In this document: one piece after another, positions 35,926-52,925 of the stretch
Position numbering within the stretch: position 1 is the stretch's first letter
Layout of the letters: each line of letters starts with the position of its first letter
Origin: the human T2T-CHM13v2.0 reference genome, Homo sapiens
Assembly: GCF_009914755.1 (NCBI RefSeq)
Contig: NC_060931.1
DNA: 64,000 bases
Reading direction: 5' to 3' (one strand)
Program-made: the position numbers and the translations under genes
Notes under the pieces: model-generated
Seen by the model: the letters and a program-made list of their open reading frames with translations, nothing else
What the model was told of the DNA's origin: nothing
Database searches by the model: none

Positions 35926-37371
35926 GTGGTTCTCAGGAGTTGTGTGGCTTGATGGATTGGTACCATTCTTTTAACCAAGAAACAATTAGTTGATCTTGGC
36001 AGTAGGCCATTGGAACTCAAAGAAATAGCATCTGTCAATCACAGTCATTTCTTGGAAGGAAGAATTGAAAAATGGCACAGGAGTTATTCTCCTTGACCTC
36101 TTTCTCTGAAAGGGAATTTGATTAGGCAAGCTGGTTTCATAATAGAGTAGAGCTTCTCTCTTCTCTCCGGGGAATTGAAGCTGAGCAGCCAGGCTGGTTC
36201 TGTGAAGCCAGAGCAATCTGGTTTTAAAGGATTTAACTAAATTCTCTATGATTAAGGTTTTCTGAGGGATGTGCATTGCTGAGCAGCAGCTTTAAAAATG
36301 TTACGTATGAGTCAGTCTGTGTCCCTAGACTGAGAACAGAGTAGTGGAACTGGTTTAAGTTCAGGGAATAGTCTTCAACAAGTTCATAGCATCTTGAAGA
36401 GAAGCCTAGACTCTGAAAGCTGAAAAAATAGGCAGTAGGAGACCATTGTATAGACTGTAGAACTGAGACCCCATCTAGTCATTATTTGGTATTTCTCCAC
36501 ACCTTTGTTAGTGAGCTGACTCAAGTACTTTATAATATAGAAAAATAAAACTAAAGGTCAACAATCAACATACAGTAGGTGTGCAGTAAGGATATGAATA
36601 TGTAATAAAAATGATTGTAAATTTATGCCTAATTATTGTCTTACAGTGAAGGCCGTGAATGGCCAGAGAAACTACTTAAAACATTTGAGTTTCTGAAACT
36701 ACAGGCATCCTCAGAGGGTTAATGCATGCTCTTAGTAGAACTCAAATGTCTCTAATTAGGAAGATCTTAATCCTTTATTCTTCCAACAGTTGCTGACTTT
36801 GCTGGGGAGTTGTTCGTATATATGCAGAATTAAAGCCACTGGTTTAAGTAATTTGGCCAAAGTCAGGATAAAAATAGATTAGTTTCTCTAAAGCTTCTCT
36901 GCGTTTATACTGTTACCTTTATTTGCTAAATAGATTTTGGATAAATATATAGCTGGTTTTAGATCTTGGAATCTTAGTACTGTAGACAGCCACTTGCCTT
37001 CGCTGCTTCAATCCCCATTCCAGTATGTGTTATTCCAACTCATTGGAGACTTTAGAAGTGTGATTAGATGAGTCTCATTTTGGAGGAATCATGTAGGATT
37101 ACCCCTATGATAGTTACTTAAAATTCTTATCACTATATTTAGGAGAAAACACATTTAGATGGAAGTAAAAAATCAAGGAAATAATAGGAAGAGTAGAAGA
37201 GAGGTTGCATAAAGGGAGCCAGTGAGTAACCTCTGTACACCTTAATATTCCATCAACCACAGACTTTTCTTCCAATTAAGTACTTTCCCAAAGAATCACA
37301 AACATCAGGGGAAGAAAGACAAAATTATTTTCTGGTGTTATGTTGGCATTCATTGGATTTAAATATTTTGG

Positions 37372-37675
37372 GGCCAGGTATGGTGGCTCACGCCTATAAT
37401 CGCAGCACTTTGGGAGACTGAGGTGGGAGGATCACTCAAGCTGAGGGGTTCAAGACCAGCCTGGGCAACATACTGAGACCCCATCTCTACTTAAAAAAAT
37501 TAAAAAATTAGTTGGGCATGTAACACATGCCTGTAGTCCAGCTACTTGGGAGGCTGACGTAGGAGGATCCCTTCAGCCCAGGAGTTCAAGGCTACAGTGA
37601 GCTATGATCATGTCACTGTACTCTATCCTGGTTGACAGAGTGAGACCCTGTCTCTAAAAAATAAAAATAAATAAG
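37372..37675 (+). mobile_element. AluJ
   Basis: 'cccaggagttcaaggctacagtgagctatgatc'. Confidence 0.92.
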
Positions 37676-38684
37676 AAATTTTGGCTTCCTAGAATGGTCC
37701 ATGCAGTTGATAGAGAGTAAATGCCTGGTTTATTAAAATGGAAAGGTTAGGATGCTTATACCTATTTTTCACATAATCTGGAAGGTAAATTAAGTAAAAA
37801 TTTCAGGACATTCTGATACTAGGTAGTTTAAAACAATACTCAAATGGTTTCTGAAAATAGCCTTATAAAGGAGAATTAAACTAAATTGGCTCAGTTGGAG
37901 TCCTTACCCTTGCTTGGTGAGTTAGAGTTTTCGGAAGCTTAAAGTTTATATTCTTTTTGAGATTTAATATATGTCAACCTTTCTGAAGTGGGTAGCCAAC
38001 TTGTGAAGACTGTGTGTACACATGCACACTGATCTATTGTAGCCTTGGCACATTGTGTGACTTTAAGTAGGGTGATTGGGGATGTGAAAGGTAAAAGGAT
38101 TGTAGAGAGGTGGCTGCTCCAAAGAGGAGGAATTTCTGAAAACATCACTGTTTATTCCAATTACAAATTTTTTGTAGTGCTATGTCCCCTGGTTAATGAT
38201 GGTGTCAGTGGTTGCCTGTGAGTCCTTTGCACTCTAGTATGCTTTGCTTTGAAGTAAACTTCATCTTAGGACCGGGCTGAGTTGTGCATACTGCTGAAAT
38301 TAAAGGTACTGAAAAAGCATAGGGTAGACAGGCCCCAAGGGAGAAGCGACTGTTGGGAGCTTTGGAAAACTAGCGAACAGCTCCAGAGCACTGGTGCTTG
38401 GGGAGCAGAAGTGTCACATGTTGAGATAGGAAATTTAGAATGCCTTTGCTTGAGACCTAATTGGTCTCCTTCCTCCTATAGACTGCTAGAAATTTCTACG
38501 TAGCTCTGGACTACGGGTCCCGAAGTTGGAACCACCATTCTATTCCTGTCATTTGTAGTATGGAAAAGTAACTTTTTTCTTGTTTATAAAATGAGAAAAA
38601 TTTTTGAGAAGAATTTTTTTTTAATGAGTGAAAGTATATGGTGTTTGATAGGGTAATTGAGAGCTGTAATCAAAATCATTACCT

Positions 38685-38983
38685 GGCTGGATGCAGTGGC
38701 TCATGCTTGTAATCCCAGCACTTTGGGAGGCCAAGGCATGGGAAGATCCTTTGAACCTGGGAGTTTGAGACCAGCCTGGACAACATAGGGAGAGCCAGTC
38801 TCTAAAAAAAATTAAAAATTAGCCCGACATGGTGGTGGACTAATCCACTAATAGTGTCAGCTACTCAGGAGTCTTAGGTGGGAGGATTGCTTGAGCTGGG
38901 GAGGTTGAGGCTGCAGTGAGCCATGATCCTGCCCCTGCATTCCAGCTTGGGTGACAGCGAGATCCTGTCTCCAAATAAACAAA
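38685..38983 (+). mobile_element. AluJ
   Basis: TSD aaatcattacctg. Confidence 0.92.
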
Positions 38984-39834
38984 TCATTACCTGCTGAAAT
39001 AGTCATTCCCAGTTTATATAATCAGATAGCTAGAGGGTAACTATAGACAAGAAAGCCTGTGGTTTAATTTGATAGGAAAGACTCTAACCTCATTGAGAGA
39101 AAACGATCAGAAAATATTCCTTTTCTAATGGCAAGAGAGGAAAAACTTATAAATTAGGTTCATATTATATAGGGAGTGGGGTATTCACCAGCCAGCCTAT
39201 TTCTGATTCCTTAGTGAAATCTGATTTAGGAAATACAAGGTAGCCTGGTTTTATTGTTGAACAAGGGAAGGAGAAAATCACTTTGTCTTATCTAGTTAAC
39301 TAAATATTTCAAGGTAAGGATATGAAGATAGTTTAAATTTCCGTTACAACTGGTATCAAATTTTGCTTCTCTGCTTTGATTAGAAACTGTCTCCACCTGC
39401 TGGCCGCAATTCACTTGGCATTTCATGAGGACACCTGGTTTTTTGTTTTGTTTTCTTGAAACATATAACAGCTATGGAAAGTACTTAGGCAGGGTTGTAG
39501 TGACTAAAATACCTCTATGTAGCTTTTCCTAAAATTCCCAGAAGGATTTTGGAGTTTTTTCCTAAACTTTGCTTGGGGGATAATGGAAAAGAAGCAACGT
39601 AAGGCCTTACAAGAACCAAACCAAAGCAGCACATTTGCAGTGTTTGTTTGATATTTGTCATTCTACCAAGTGATTTGTCTATTTTATGTATTATATTAAA
39701 CTGTTTAAGCTTTGTTATTTATAATTAAGGTCATTATTTTCCAAATTGCTGTTAGTTTCACCTCTTTTGCCTGTTTGGAAATAATTATCACAATCATTAC
39801 TGAATTATACAATAAAATAAAACTTTTCTTGGTC

Positions 39835-40125
39835 TAAAGGTAGGCAAGCTTTTTCTGTAAAGGCTCAGATGGTAAGTGTTTTAGGCTTTGCAGGCTATAT
39901 GTTTTTTGTTGTAACTACTCAAACCTGTTATTGTAGCGAAAAAAAGTATATAGGCAATACATAAATGAATGAGTTCCAAAAATACTTAATGGAAACCAAA
40001 AATTTGAATTTGATACAATTTCCATGTGCCATGATATATTGTTCTTTTTTAAATTTTTTGACATTTTTGGGGGGAGAATCAGGGACAGACTGGAAATTTT
40101 TCAACCATTTAAAAATGTAGAAACT
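39835..40125 (+). mobile_element. MER58 (hAT-Charlie MITE), partial
   Basis: 'ggcaagctttttctgtaaaggctcagatggtaagtgttttaggctttgcagg'. Confidence 0.8.
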
Positions 40126-40126
40126 A

Positions 40127-40636
<510 letters not shown>

Positions 40637-41789
40637 AGATTCCAACTTTTAGGAGTACTTCCGTAACAAAGAAAACTTGTCAGAGGGGTGTTGTACCTGT
40701 TCCATCTCATCACCAACCACATGGCATAGAAGTACAGAACTTTGTATATGTGGAAGATGATTCTTTACCCACACATGTAGGATCATGACCTGTTGTGGTT
40801 TGATTATATACCCACGGTTTAGATAATTTAAGTTCAAAACACTGAAATAATTTTTTAAAGGAGAAGACTCTTTTTAAAATTTTTGAGACCAGCCTGGAAA
40901 TTTTATACATACAGGAGAAAACTTGAAAAATTTTTTTATTTATTTAAAATTTTTAATTTTCGTGGGTACATAGTAGGTGCATATATTTATGGAGTTTATG
41001 GAATATTTGATACAGGCATATGTTGCGCAATAATTACATCAAGGTAAATGAGGGTATCTATCAACTCAACCATTTATCATATTACAATCCTATTATACTC
41101 TTTTAGTTATTTTAAAATGTACAATTAAATTATTATTGACTATAGTTACCCTGTTGTGCTATCAGATACCAGATCTTATTCATTCTTCCTGGTTTTTTGT
41201 ACCCATGAGCCATCCCCGCCTCCCCCCCAGCCTCCTCACTACCCTTCCCAACCTTTGGTAACCATCATTCTACTCTCTATCTCCATGAGTTCAATTCTTT
41301 TAATTTTTATCTCCCAGAAATAGGTGAGAATATGCAAAGTTTGTCTTTCTGTGCCTGGCTTATTTCACTTAACATAAGGATATCTACTTTGATTCATGTT
41401 GTTGCAAATGACAGGATCTCATTCTTTTTTATGGCTGAATAGTACTCCATTGCTTATATGTACCACATTTAAAAAAATCTATTCGTCTGTTGATGGACAC
41501 TTAGGTTGCTTCCAAATACTGGCTGTTGTGAACAGTGCTACAACAAACATGGGAGTGCAGATATCTCTTCAATATACTGACTTCCTTTCTTTTGAATATA
41601 TGTCCAACAGTGGGATTGCTGGATTATATGGTGGTTTTATTTTTAATTTTTTGAGGAGTCTCTAAATTGTTCTTCATAGTGTATGAGGGTTTCCTTTTCT
41701 CCATATCCTTGCCAGCATTTGTTATTGCCTGTCTTTTGGATATACGCCATTTCAGCTGTGGCAAGATATTTCATTGTAGTTTTTCTATG

Positions 41790-42062
41790 TTTTTTTGAGA
41801 TGGAGTCTCACTCTGTCGCCCAGGCTGGAGCGCAGTGGCACAATCTCAGCTCACTGCAATCTCCACCTCCTGGGTAAGGGATTCTCCTGCCTTGGCCTGC
41901 CAAGTAGTTGGGATTACAAATCTGAATAATTTTTGTATTTTTAGTGAAGATGTGGTTTCACCATGTTGGCCAGGCTGATCTCAAACTCCTGACCTCAACT
42001 GATCTGCCCACCTTGGCCTCCCTAAGTGCTAGGATTATAGGTGTGAGCCACTGCACCTGGCC
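41790..42062 (-). mobile_element. AluS within L1
   Basis: Reverse Alu. Confidence 0.9.
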
Positions 42063-43949
42063 TTGAGCATCTTTTCATACACCTGTTTGCCATTTGTATG
42101 TCTTTTGAGAAATATCTATTCAGATCTTTTGCCCATTTTTTAATTGAATTATTAGATTTTGTTTCCATAGGGTTGTTTGAGCTCCTTATATATTATGGTT
42201 ATTAATCCTTTGTCAGATGGATAGTTTGCAAATACTTTCTCCCATTCTGTGGGTTGTGTCTTCACTTTGTTGGTTGTTTCCTTTGCTGTGTAGAAGCTTT
42301 TTAACTTGATGTGATCTGATTTGTCCATTTTTGCTTTGGTTCCTGTGCTTGTGGGGTATTTACTCAAGAAATCTTTGCCCACTCCAATGTCCTGGAGAGT
42401 TTCCCCAATGTTTTCTTTTGGTAGTTGCATAGTTTGAGGTCTTAGATTTAAATCTTTAATCTATTTTTATTTGATTTTTGTATATGTGAGAGATAGAGGT
42501 CTAGTTTTATTCTTCTGCATATGGATATCCAGTTTTCCCAGCACCGTTTATTGAAGAGACTGTTCTTTCCCCAATGTATAGTTTTGGCATGTTTGTCAAA
42601 AATGAGTTCACTGTAGATGTATGGATTTGTTTCTGGGTTCTCTATTCTGTTCCATTGGTCTATGTGTCTGTTTTTATGCCAGTACCATGCTGTTTTGGTT
42701 ACTGTAGCTCTGTAGTATAATTTGAAGTCAGGTCGTGTTATTCCTTCAGTTTTGTTCTTTTTGCCCATGATAGCTTTGACTATTCTGTCACTTTTGTAGT
42801 TCTATATAAATTTTAGGATTTTTTTTTTCTATTTCTGTGAAGAATGTTATTGGGATTTGGAATCTATAGATTCAGTGCAATCCCTATTATTACACTGATT
42901 CTGCTTTAGGTAGGATGGACATTTTTACAATATTGATTGTTCCAATCCGTGGACATGGAATGTCTTTTTCTTGGTGCAGGGGGTATTCTTTTCAATGTCT
43001 TGCATCAGTGTTTTATAGTTTTCATTGTAGATATATTTCACTTATTTGGTTAATTCCTAGGTATTTAATTTTATCTGTAGTTATTATAAATGGGGTTACT
43101 TCCTTGATTTCTTTTTCGGATTACTTGCTGTTGGTATATAGAAATGCTAGTGACTTTTGTGTGTTGATTTTACTGAATTTGCTTATCAGTTCTAATAGGT
43201 TTTTGGTGGCGTCTTTAGGTTTTTCCAAATATAAGGTCATATCATCTACAAACAAGGATAATGTGACTTCTTCCTTTCCAGTTTGAGTGCCCTTATATCT
43301 TTCTCTTGACTCATTGCTCTAGCTAGGACTTCCAGTACTATATTGGATCATAGTGGTGAAAGTGGGCATTGTTGTCATGTTCTAAATCTTAGAGGAAAGG
43401 CTTTCAGTTTTTCCCCATTCAGTATGATACTGGCTGTGGGTTGTTGTATATGTTTTATTATGCTGAGGTATGTTTCTTCTATACTCAGTTATTTTTAGGG
43501 TTTTTATCATGAAGTGATGTTGAATTTTATCAAATGCTTTTTCAGCATCAGTTGAAATGATCATATGGTTCTTGTCCTTCACTCTGATGATAGGCTGTAT
43601 CACATTGATTGATTGGTGTATGTTGATCCATCCTTATATCCTTGGGATACATCTCACTTGATCATGATGAATGATCTTTTTAATGTGTTGTTGAATTTGA
43701 TTTGTTAGTATTTGTTGAGGATTTTTACATAAATGTTCATCAGAGCCTGTAGTTTTCTTTTTTTGGTGTGTCTTTTTCTGATTTTGGTATCAGGGTAATA
43801 CTGGTCTCATAGAATGAGTTTGGAAGTATTCCTTCCACCTCCATTTTTTGGAATTGTTTGAGTAAGATTGGTGTTAGTTCTTCTTTAAATGTTTGGTAAA
43901 ATTCAGCAGTGAAGCCATTGGGTCCCAAGCTTTTCTTTGCTGGGATACT

Positions 43950-44243
<294 letters not shown>

Positions 44244-44746
44244 ACTGAGAGATTTTTAACTTTGACTTTGATCTTGCTACTTGTTATTGATCTGTTTAGG
44301 TTTTAGGTTTCTTCATGATTCAATTTTGGGAGGTTGTATGTGTCAAGAAATTTATCCATTTCTTCTAGGTTTTCCAATTTATTGGCATATAATTGCTCAT
44401 AGTAGCCTCAAATGGTCCTTTGAGTTTCTACAGTATCAGCTGTAATGTCTTCTTTTTCATCTCTGATTTTATTTTGGTCTTCTCATGTTTTTTCTTAGTC
44501 TGGCTAAAGGTTTGTCAATTTCATTTATCTTTTCAAAGAAACAATTTTTTATTTTGTTGATATTTTGTATTGTTTTCTTCATTTCAACTTCATTTATTTC
44601 TCCTCTGATCTTTATTTATTTTCTACTAACTTTGGGTTTGGTTGGGTCTTGCTTTTCTACTTATTTAAGATGCATTGTTAGGCTATTTATTTGATGCGTT
44701 TCTACTTTTTTGATATAGGAACTTATAGCTATAAACTTCCCTCTTT

Positions 44747-45040
44747 GGCTGGGTGTGGTGGCTCACACCTGTAATCATAGCACTTTGGGAGGCTGAGGCG
44801 GGTGAATTGCCTGAGCTCAGGAGTTCCAGACCAGCCTAGGCAACATGGTGAAACCCTGTCTCTACTAAAAATACAAAAAATTAGTCGGGCATTGGTGGTG
44901 CATGCCTGTAATCCCAGCTACTCAGGAGGCTGAGGCGCAAGACTCACTTGAACCTGGGAGCTGGAGGTTGCATTGAGCTGACACAAGACTGTCTCAAAAA
45001 ATAAAAAATAAAATAAAAATAAATAAATAAACAAACAAAC
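44747..45040 (+). mobile_element. AluS within L1, with a right-arm deletion
   Basis: TSD aaacttccctctt. Confidence 0.9.
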
Positions 45041-46123
45041 TTCCCTCTTAGTACTGCTTTAGCTGTATCCCATAGGTTTGGGTATGTTATGTTTCCATTA
45101 TCATTTGTTTCAAGAAATTCCTTCATGTTTGTACCATTTCCAAAATTCTTGTTATTGATTTCTAGTTTTATTCCATTGTGGTCAGAAAATGCTTGATATT
45201 ACTTCAGTTTTTTGAGTGTTTTAAGACTTGTCTTGTGACCTAACATATAATCTGTCCTTGAGAATGATCCATGTACTGAGGAGAAGAATGTGTATTTTGC
45301 AGCCATTGGATGAAATGTTCTGTAAATATCTATTAGGTCCATTTGGTTTGTAGTGCAGATTAAGTCCAGTGTTTCTTTGTTGATTTTCTGTCTGGATGAT
45401 CTGTCCGATGCTGAAAATGGGATGTTGAAGTCTCTAGCTAGCTATTGTTTTGGAGTCTTATCTATTTAGCTCTAATAATACTTCCTTTATATATCTGGGT
45501 GCTCCAGTGTTGGGTACATATATATTTAAAATGGCTACATCTTCTTGCTGAATTAACCCCTTTATCATTATATAATGACCTTTTTCTGTCTCTTTTTGTA
45601 GTTTTTGTCTTGAAATCTATTTTGTCTGATACAAATACAGTTAGTCTTGCTCTTTTTTGGTTTCCATTGATATGGAATATTTTTTTTCATCCTTTCATTT
45701 TCACTCTATATGTTTCTTTAAAGGTGAAGTGTGTTTCTTGTAGGCAACAGATCATTGAATCTTGCTTTTTTATCCATTCAGCCACTCTATGTCTTTTGAT
45801 TGGGGAGTTTAGTCCATTTACATTCAATGTTATTATTAATAAGTAGGGACTTACTCCTGCCATTTTATTTGTTTTCTGGTTTTTTTTTTGGTCTTCTCTT
45901 TCTTCTTTTCTTCCTTCCTATTTTCCTTTTAGTGGATGTGATTTTCTCTGGTGGTATGTTTTAATTTCTCCCTTTTTATTTTTTGCATATCCACTATATG
46001 TTTTTAGATTTGTGGTTACCATGAAGTTTGCAAATAATATCTTATAACCCATTATTTTAAACTGATGACAACACCGATTGTATAAACAGACAAGCAAAAA
46101 AACTAATAAAAACTTTATACTTA

Positions 46124-46463
<340 letters not shown>

Positions 46464-46798
46464 CTAATTTTTTGTTGTTTCTATTTATATCTTATTGTAC
46501 TGTGTCTTGAAAAGTTGTAGTTATTATTTTTGATCAGTTCATCTTTCTTCTGAAATATGAGTTTACATACCACAATTACCTAAGTTCAAAAACACTTGAA
46601 TCTGTGTTCTTCTGTGTACTATTACCAGTGAGTTTTATACCTTCAGATGATTTCTTATTGATCATTAGCATCCTCTTCTTTCAGATTGAAGAACTCACTT
46701 TAGTGTTTCGTATAAGACAGGTCTGGTGTTGATGAAATCCTTTAGCTTTTGTATGTCTGGGAAAGTCTTTATTTCTCCTTCATGTTTGAAGCATATTT

Positions 46799-47329
46799 TC
46801 ACTGGATATACTGTTCTAGGATAAAAGATTTTTCCTTCAACACTTTAAATATGTCATGCCACTCTCTCCTGGCCTGTAAGGTTTCCACTGAGAGGTCTGC
46901 TGGCAGATGTATTTGGAGCTCCATTGTATGTTGTTTCTTTTCTCTTCCTGCTTTTAGGATCCTTTCTCTATCCTTGACCTTTGGGAGTTTGGATATTAAG
47001 TGCTTTGAGGTAGTCGTCCTTGGATTAAATCTGCTTGGTGTTCTAGAACCTTCTTGTACTTGAATACTGATATCTTTCTCTAGGCTTGGGAAGTTCTCTA
47101 TTGTTATCCCTTTGAATGTACTTTCTATGTCTGTCTCTACCTTCTCTTTAAGGCCAATAACTCTTATATTTGCCCTTTTGAGGCTATGTTCTAGATCTTG
47201 TCGGTGTGCTTTATTCTTTTGTATTCTTTTTTCTTTTGTCTCCTCTGGGTGTGTGTTTTCAAATAGCCTGTCTTCAGGCTCACAGTTCTTCTGCTTGAGC
47301 AATTCTGCTATTAAGAGACTCTGATGCAT
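46799..47329 (-). pseudogene. L1 ORF1p remnant (end of coiled coil and RRM)
   Basis: EDRLFEN...LKRANIRVIG...ENFPSLEKD..IQVQE..RTP...KDRERILKAGREK. Confidence 0.85.
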
Positions 47330-49874
47330 TCTTCAGTGTGTCAATTGTATTTTTCCACTACAGAATTTCTGCTTTATTCTTTTTTTAATTATTTCAATTT
47401 CATCGTTAAGTTTATCTGATAAGATTCTGAATTCTTTCTTATGTCATCTCGAATTTCTTTGAGTTTCCTCAAAACAGTTATTTTGAATTCTGTCTGAAAG
47501 GTCACATATCTCTGTTTCTCTGAGATTGGCCTCTGATGCCTAACTTTGTTTGTTTGGTCAGATCATGTTTTCCTCCTGGTCTTGATGCTTGTGGATGTTT
47601 GTCAGTGTCTGGGCATTGAAGAGTTGGGTATTTGTTGACTTCTTAGCAATCTGGGCTTATTTGTACCTGTGCTTCTTGGGAAGGCTTTCCAGATATTCAA
47701 AGGGACTTGGGTGTTGAGATCTGTTTTTGGTCACTGCAGCCATATCTGCATTAAGTGGCACCCCAAACCCAGTAATGCTGTAGTTCATACAGACTCGTAG
47801 AGGTATCACCTCGATGGTCTTGGGTAAGATCCAGATGAATTCTCTGGATTACCAGGCAGAGACTCTTGTTACCTTACTTTCTTCCAAACAAACGGAGTCT
47901 CTCTCTGTCTCTGTGCTGAACTGCCTGGACCTAGGGGTGAGGTAACACAAGCAGCCCTGTGGCCACCAACACTGGGACGCATTGGGTCAGTCCTGAAGCC
48001 AGTAAAGTGTTGAATCTTGTCCAGGGGGTGCTGTGACCACTACCTGGCTGCTGCGTATGTTCACTCAAGGCCTTAGGGCTCTACAGTCAGCAGGTAGTGA
48101 AGCCAGCTAGTCTTGTGCCTTTCCCTTCAGGGTGGCAAGTTCCCTTGGGCCCTGGGCAAGTCCAGAGATGCTGTTCAGGAGCCAGCGCTTGGAGTTGGAA
48201 ACCTTAGAAAGAAATCTACTTGGTGCCCTATTCCATTGCAGCTATGCTGGCAGTGAAACCACAAGACAAATCCTTCCTATTCTTCCCTACCCTTTCCCCA
48301 GGCAGAGGAGTCTCTTCCCATGTCCACCACCACCACCACAGGCCTATGAGTACCAGGGCACCACTGATGTTCACTTAAGGCCCAAGGGCTCTTCAGTCAG
48401 CTTGTGGTGAATGCTGCCAGGCCTAGAACTCACCCTTCAGGGCAGTGGGCTCCCCTCTGGCTCAGGGTAGGTCTAGAAATGCAATGCAAGAGCCAAGGCC
48501 TGGAATCAGGGACCCCAAGAGCCTGTTTGGTACTCTTCCCCACTTTGACTGAACTGGTACCTAAGCTGCAAGACAAAGTCTCCTTTATTCTTTCCTCTCC
48601 ATTTCTCAAGCAGAAGGATTCTCTCCTCATAGCCAACACAGTCGTGAATTTGCTGGGACACACCTGAAGTCAGCATGGCTCAAGAGTCTTACCTAAGACC
48701 CATGGCAGGTCCTAGCTGGTTGCCGCTGCTGATTATTTAGAGCCCAAGGGCTGTTTAGTCAGCAGGTGATGAATCCTGCCAGGACTGTTTCCCTTCTGGC
48801 CTAAGATATGTCTAGAAATGTCCGGGAGCTAGGGCCTGGAATGGGACCTTATGATCCTGCCTGGTGCTCTTTCCTACTGTGGCTGAACTGGTATCTAAGT
48901 TGTAAAACAACATCCTCTTTACTCTTCCTTCTCCTCTCCTCAAGCAGAAGAAAGGGGTCTCTTCTGAAGCTGGGAGCTTCAAGCTGCACTGCCTTGGGTT
49001 GAGGGAGGGGTGACGCAAGCACTCCCTTAGCCACCCTGGCTGACATCTCACTAAGTTATGTGCCCCTCAAGTCCCCTGGCTCCAAGCCCAGCACAGCACT
49101 AGGACTTGCCCAGGAGTTGTAGTCCTAGTGGCCTAGACAGCCTTTCAAGTTTACTTAGAACCCCAGAGCACTTTAGCCCATGGTAGCAGGCCTTATGGAA
49201 GTTACAGATATGACTGCTGGGTTGGGTGATTCCCCTCTGGCTAGGGCTTTTCTGAATGCTCCCTCTGTGGGTACCTGCTGAGTCCTGTCTGGTGTTGCCA
49301 GCACTGAGTTCCAATGCAAAGTTGCACAATCACTGAGCTCTCCCTGCCACAGCATACAGATTGCCCATGTGGGTGCTGCCAGGGGATGGGAGAGGGGTGT
49401 TGTTGCATTTCAAGATTGTTTTTCCTGCCTTTTTCAGTACCTCTTTCAGTGATATGTAGTTAAAACCAGGTACTGTGATTGCTCACATGATTTTGATTCT
49501 AATTGAAGGTGCTTTTTTTGTGTAGATAGTTGTTAAATTTGGTGTTCCTGCAGGGAGGATGATCAGTGGAGACTTCTATTCAGCTATCTTACTCCATGTC
49601 TTCTCAGGAGAAGATTCTTTATGTTCATTTAAAAAACAGAAACATTCAGATAGTAGAATTATTCTAAGACAGTTTCAAAAAAGAAACTATCATTACAACT
49701 GAAGAATAATTTGCTATAGTGAGGAGCATGTGGGGTTGGTATTGGGTGCCCTGGGCCACATGATCTGGGCAGCATGGTATGGATCATTCATTATAATTTC
49801 AGTGTGATGTCACTGTGGTCATGTGGTGGTTCTTAGTCTATTTTGGAAGATAACTATTTTAAAACATTGAATTA

Positions 49875-50536
<662 letters not shown>

Positions 50537-51771
50537 TTAGTTTGTCACATATAAATATCTTCTATTCTTTTGGTTCTTGTCCGCTGCCAGCCCCCGCATT
50601 CCTGGATCAATTTTACAGTCTGCCTTCTCTGTTTCTGCCTGTGCCTTAAAAACTGAGTGCTATAAAGTTATGGAATTGCTGCCTCTCTAAGCTCATGTCT
50701 CTAAATTCCAATCTCATTTGAGTTCTCTTTACCAGTCACCATTTTTTTTTTTAATTTTACGTTGGTTGGTTCCCTTTGCCTTTTCCTTCAGCAGCTGTTA
50801 CAGACTTCTACTCATCTCAGACCCCTTCCTAATCTCTGTCTCATTGTCATACAACCCACCTTGGATCTGGGACACCAAAAAGTTTAGGCTTTCTCTTGTG
50901 AACTCTTTCAACTTCCTTCTGACTTTCTCATTACATGTCTCTGTTTGACCTCATTTTTACCTTTTTCCTTTCTGTCCCAGAGGAAGAGGTTTAGCTCTTC
51001 CCATTTTAGATAGTTGTGACATCTGTCTAAATATATGATTCTTGATACCATCTCATCCACCTCCTTGGTGACTTAATAACATCATTTATATCCTTGATCT
51101 TCAGTCTTTCCCTCTCCATTAACTTCATTCCCATTTAAAAAAAAGAAAAAAGATGACAAAATAGACCCCATAAATCTCTAATCCTATCTATATATACTCT
51201 TTTAGATTTATCATTTCATTTTCTGTTTGGTAATAGAGCATTTATGGTCACCTTTTCTCTGAAACCATGCTTGCTAAGATCACCAAGGATCTCCTGTCAA
51301 ATCATTCATTCTTTCAGTGGAATCACCAGGGAGTTTATATGAAGTGATGGAGACAAGGCTGAGAATGGACCCCAATGGACATCAACATTTGAGGGAATTG
51401 GTGAAGGAAAAGATAATGAAGGAAATTAGAAGCCAGGGTTGAAGGAGAAAGCCAGGAGAGTGTGGTATTCCAAAAAGAAGAGAGTTTTTAAGAAGGAGGG
51501 GAATTAAGTGTTAAATGCTATACAGATGTAAAATAAAATCAGTATTGAAAATAATTCACTGAATTTAGCAGCAAAGCAGTGAAGTGTTAGGATAGTTGGT
51601 AAGGTTAAATTGCACTGGTGAGAGACATTATTTGTAGGGAAGCAAAACAAGCTGGGGTAGAAAACTGTTTTGAAAATATTGACTGTGAAGAATAAGGGAG
51701 TTAGAGTTGCTGGAGAGGGTTGCAAGCTCTAGGGAAAATGTTTTTTAAAGCAGTATATAACAGACTTGATG

Positions 51772-52216
<445 letters not shown>

Positions 52217-52925
52217 TTATTTACATAGAAACAGGATATCTTATACAGTAAGAGACCTATTAATATGGGATGCCATGGGGCCAGTCCTTGAATAAGTTCA
52301 TCTCTTTTCTGTCATGGTGATCGTACCTATTCCTGTGGTTTTAAATATCATCTAACCTAAATGCTGACAAGTCCCAAACTCTCCTGAATTCCAGACTTGC
52401 ATCTCTAACTGCCATCTTTATATGTTCTCTCAGGTGTCTGTAAACATTTCAAAACTTAGCATGTCAAAACTGAATTCCTCTGAAACTTACTTCTTCTACA
52501 CTCTGGTCTTAACCCCACCCCCCACCGCGCCAGCAACTTGGGCAGAAAGTCCTATTGTCATTGTTGACTACCCTCTCTAATACTAATCTGTCAGCAAATC
52601 CTTTTGGCTCTACTTTCAATATATTCATAGTCTAACCACTTCTCACCACTTTGGTCTAAGCCACACTGTCACATCTTACGTGGATTATTGCATAGCCTTC
52701 CAGATGGTCTCTGCTTCTTTATTGCTGTTTCCGTCGTCTGTTTTCAGTTTATAGCTGGAGGGAACTTGTTAAAACCTATGTCAGATCATGTCACTGTTAG
52801 GTTCTGACTCTTGCAGTGGCTTCTCATGTCATGGATAATGAAAGGCAACGGCCTTAAAATTGACTATAATTATATTAAACTATGAACTCTTACTTATATT
52901 TCTCCTTGTTCATTCTGCTACACTC

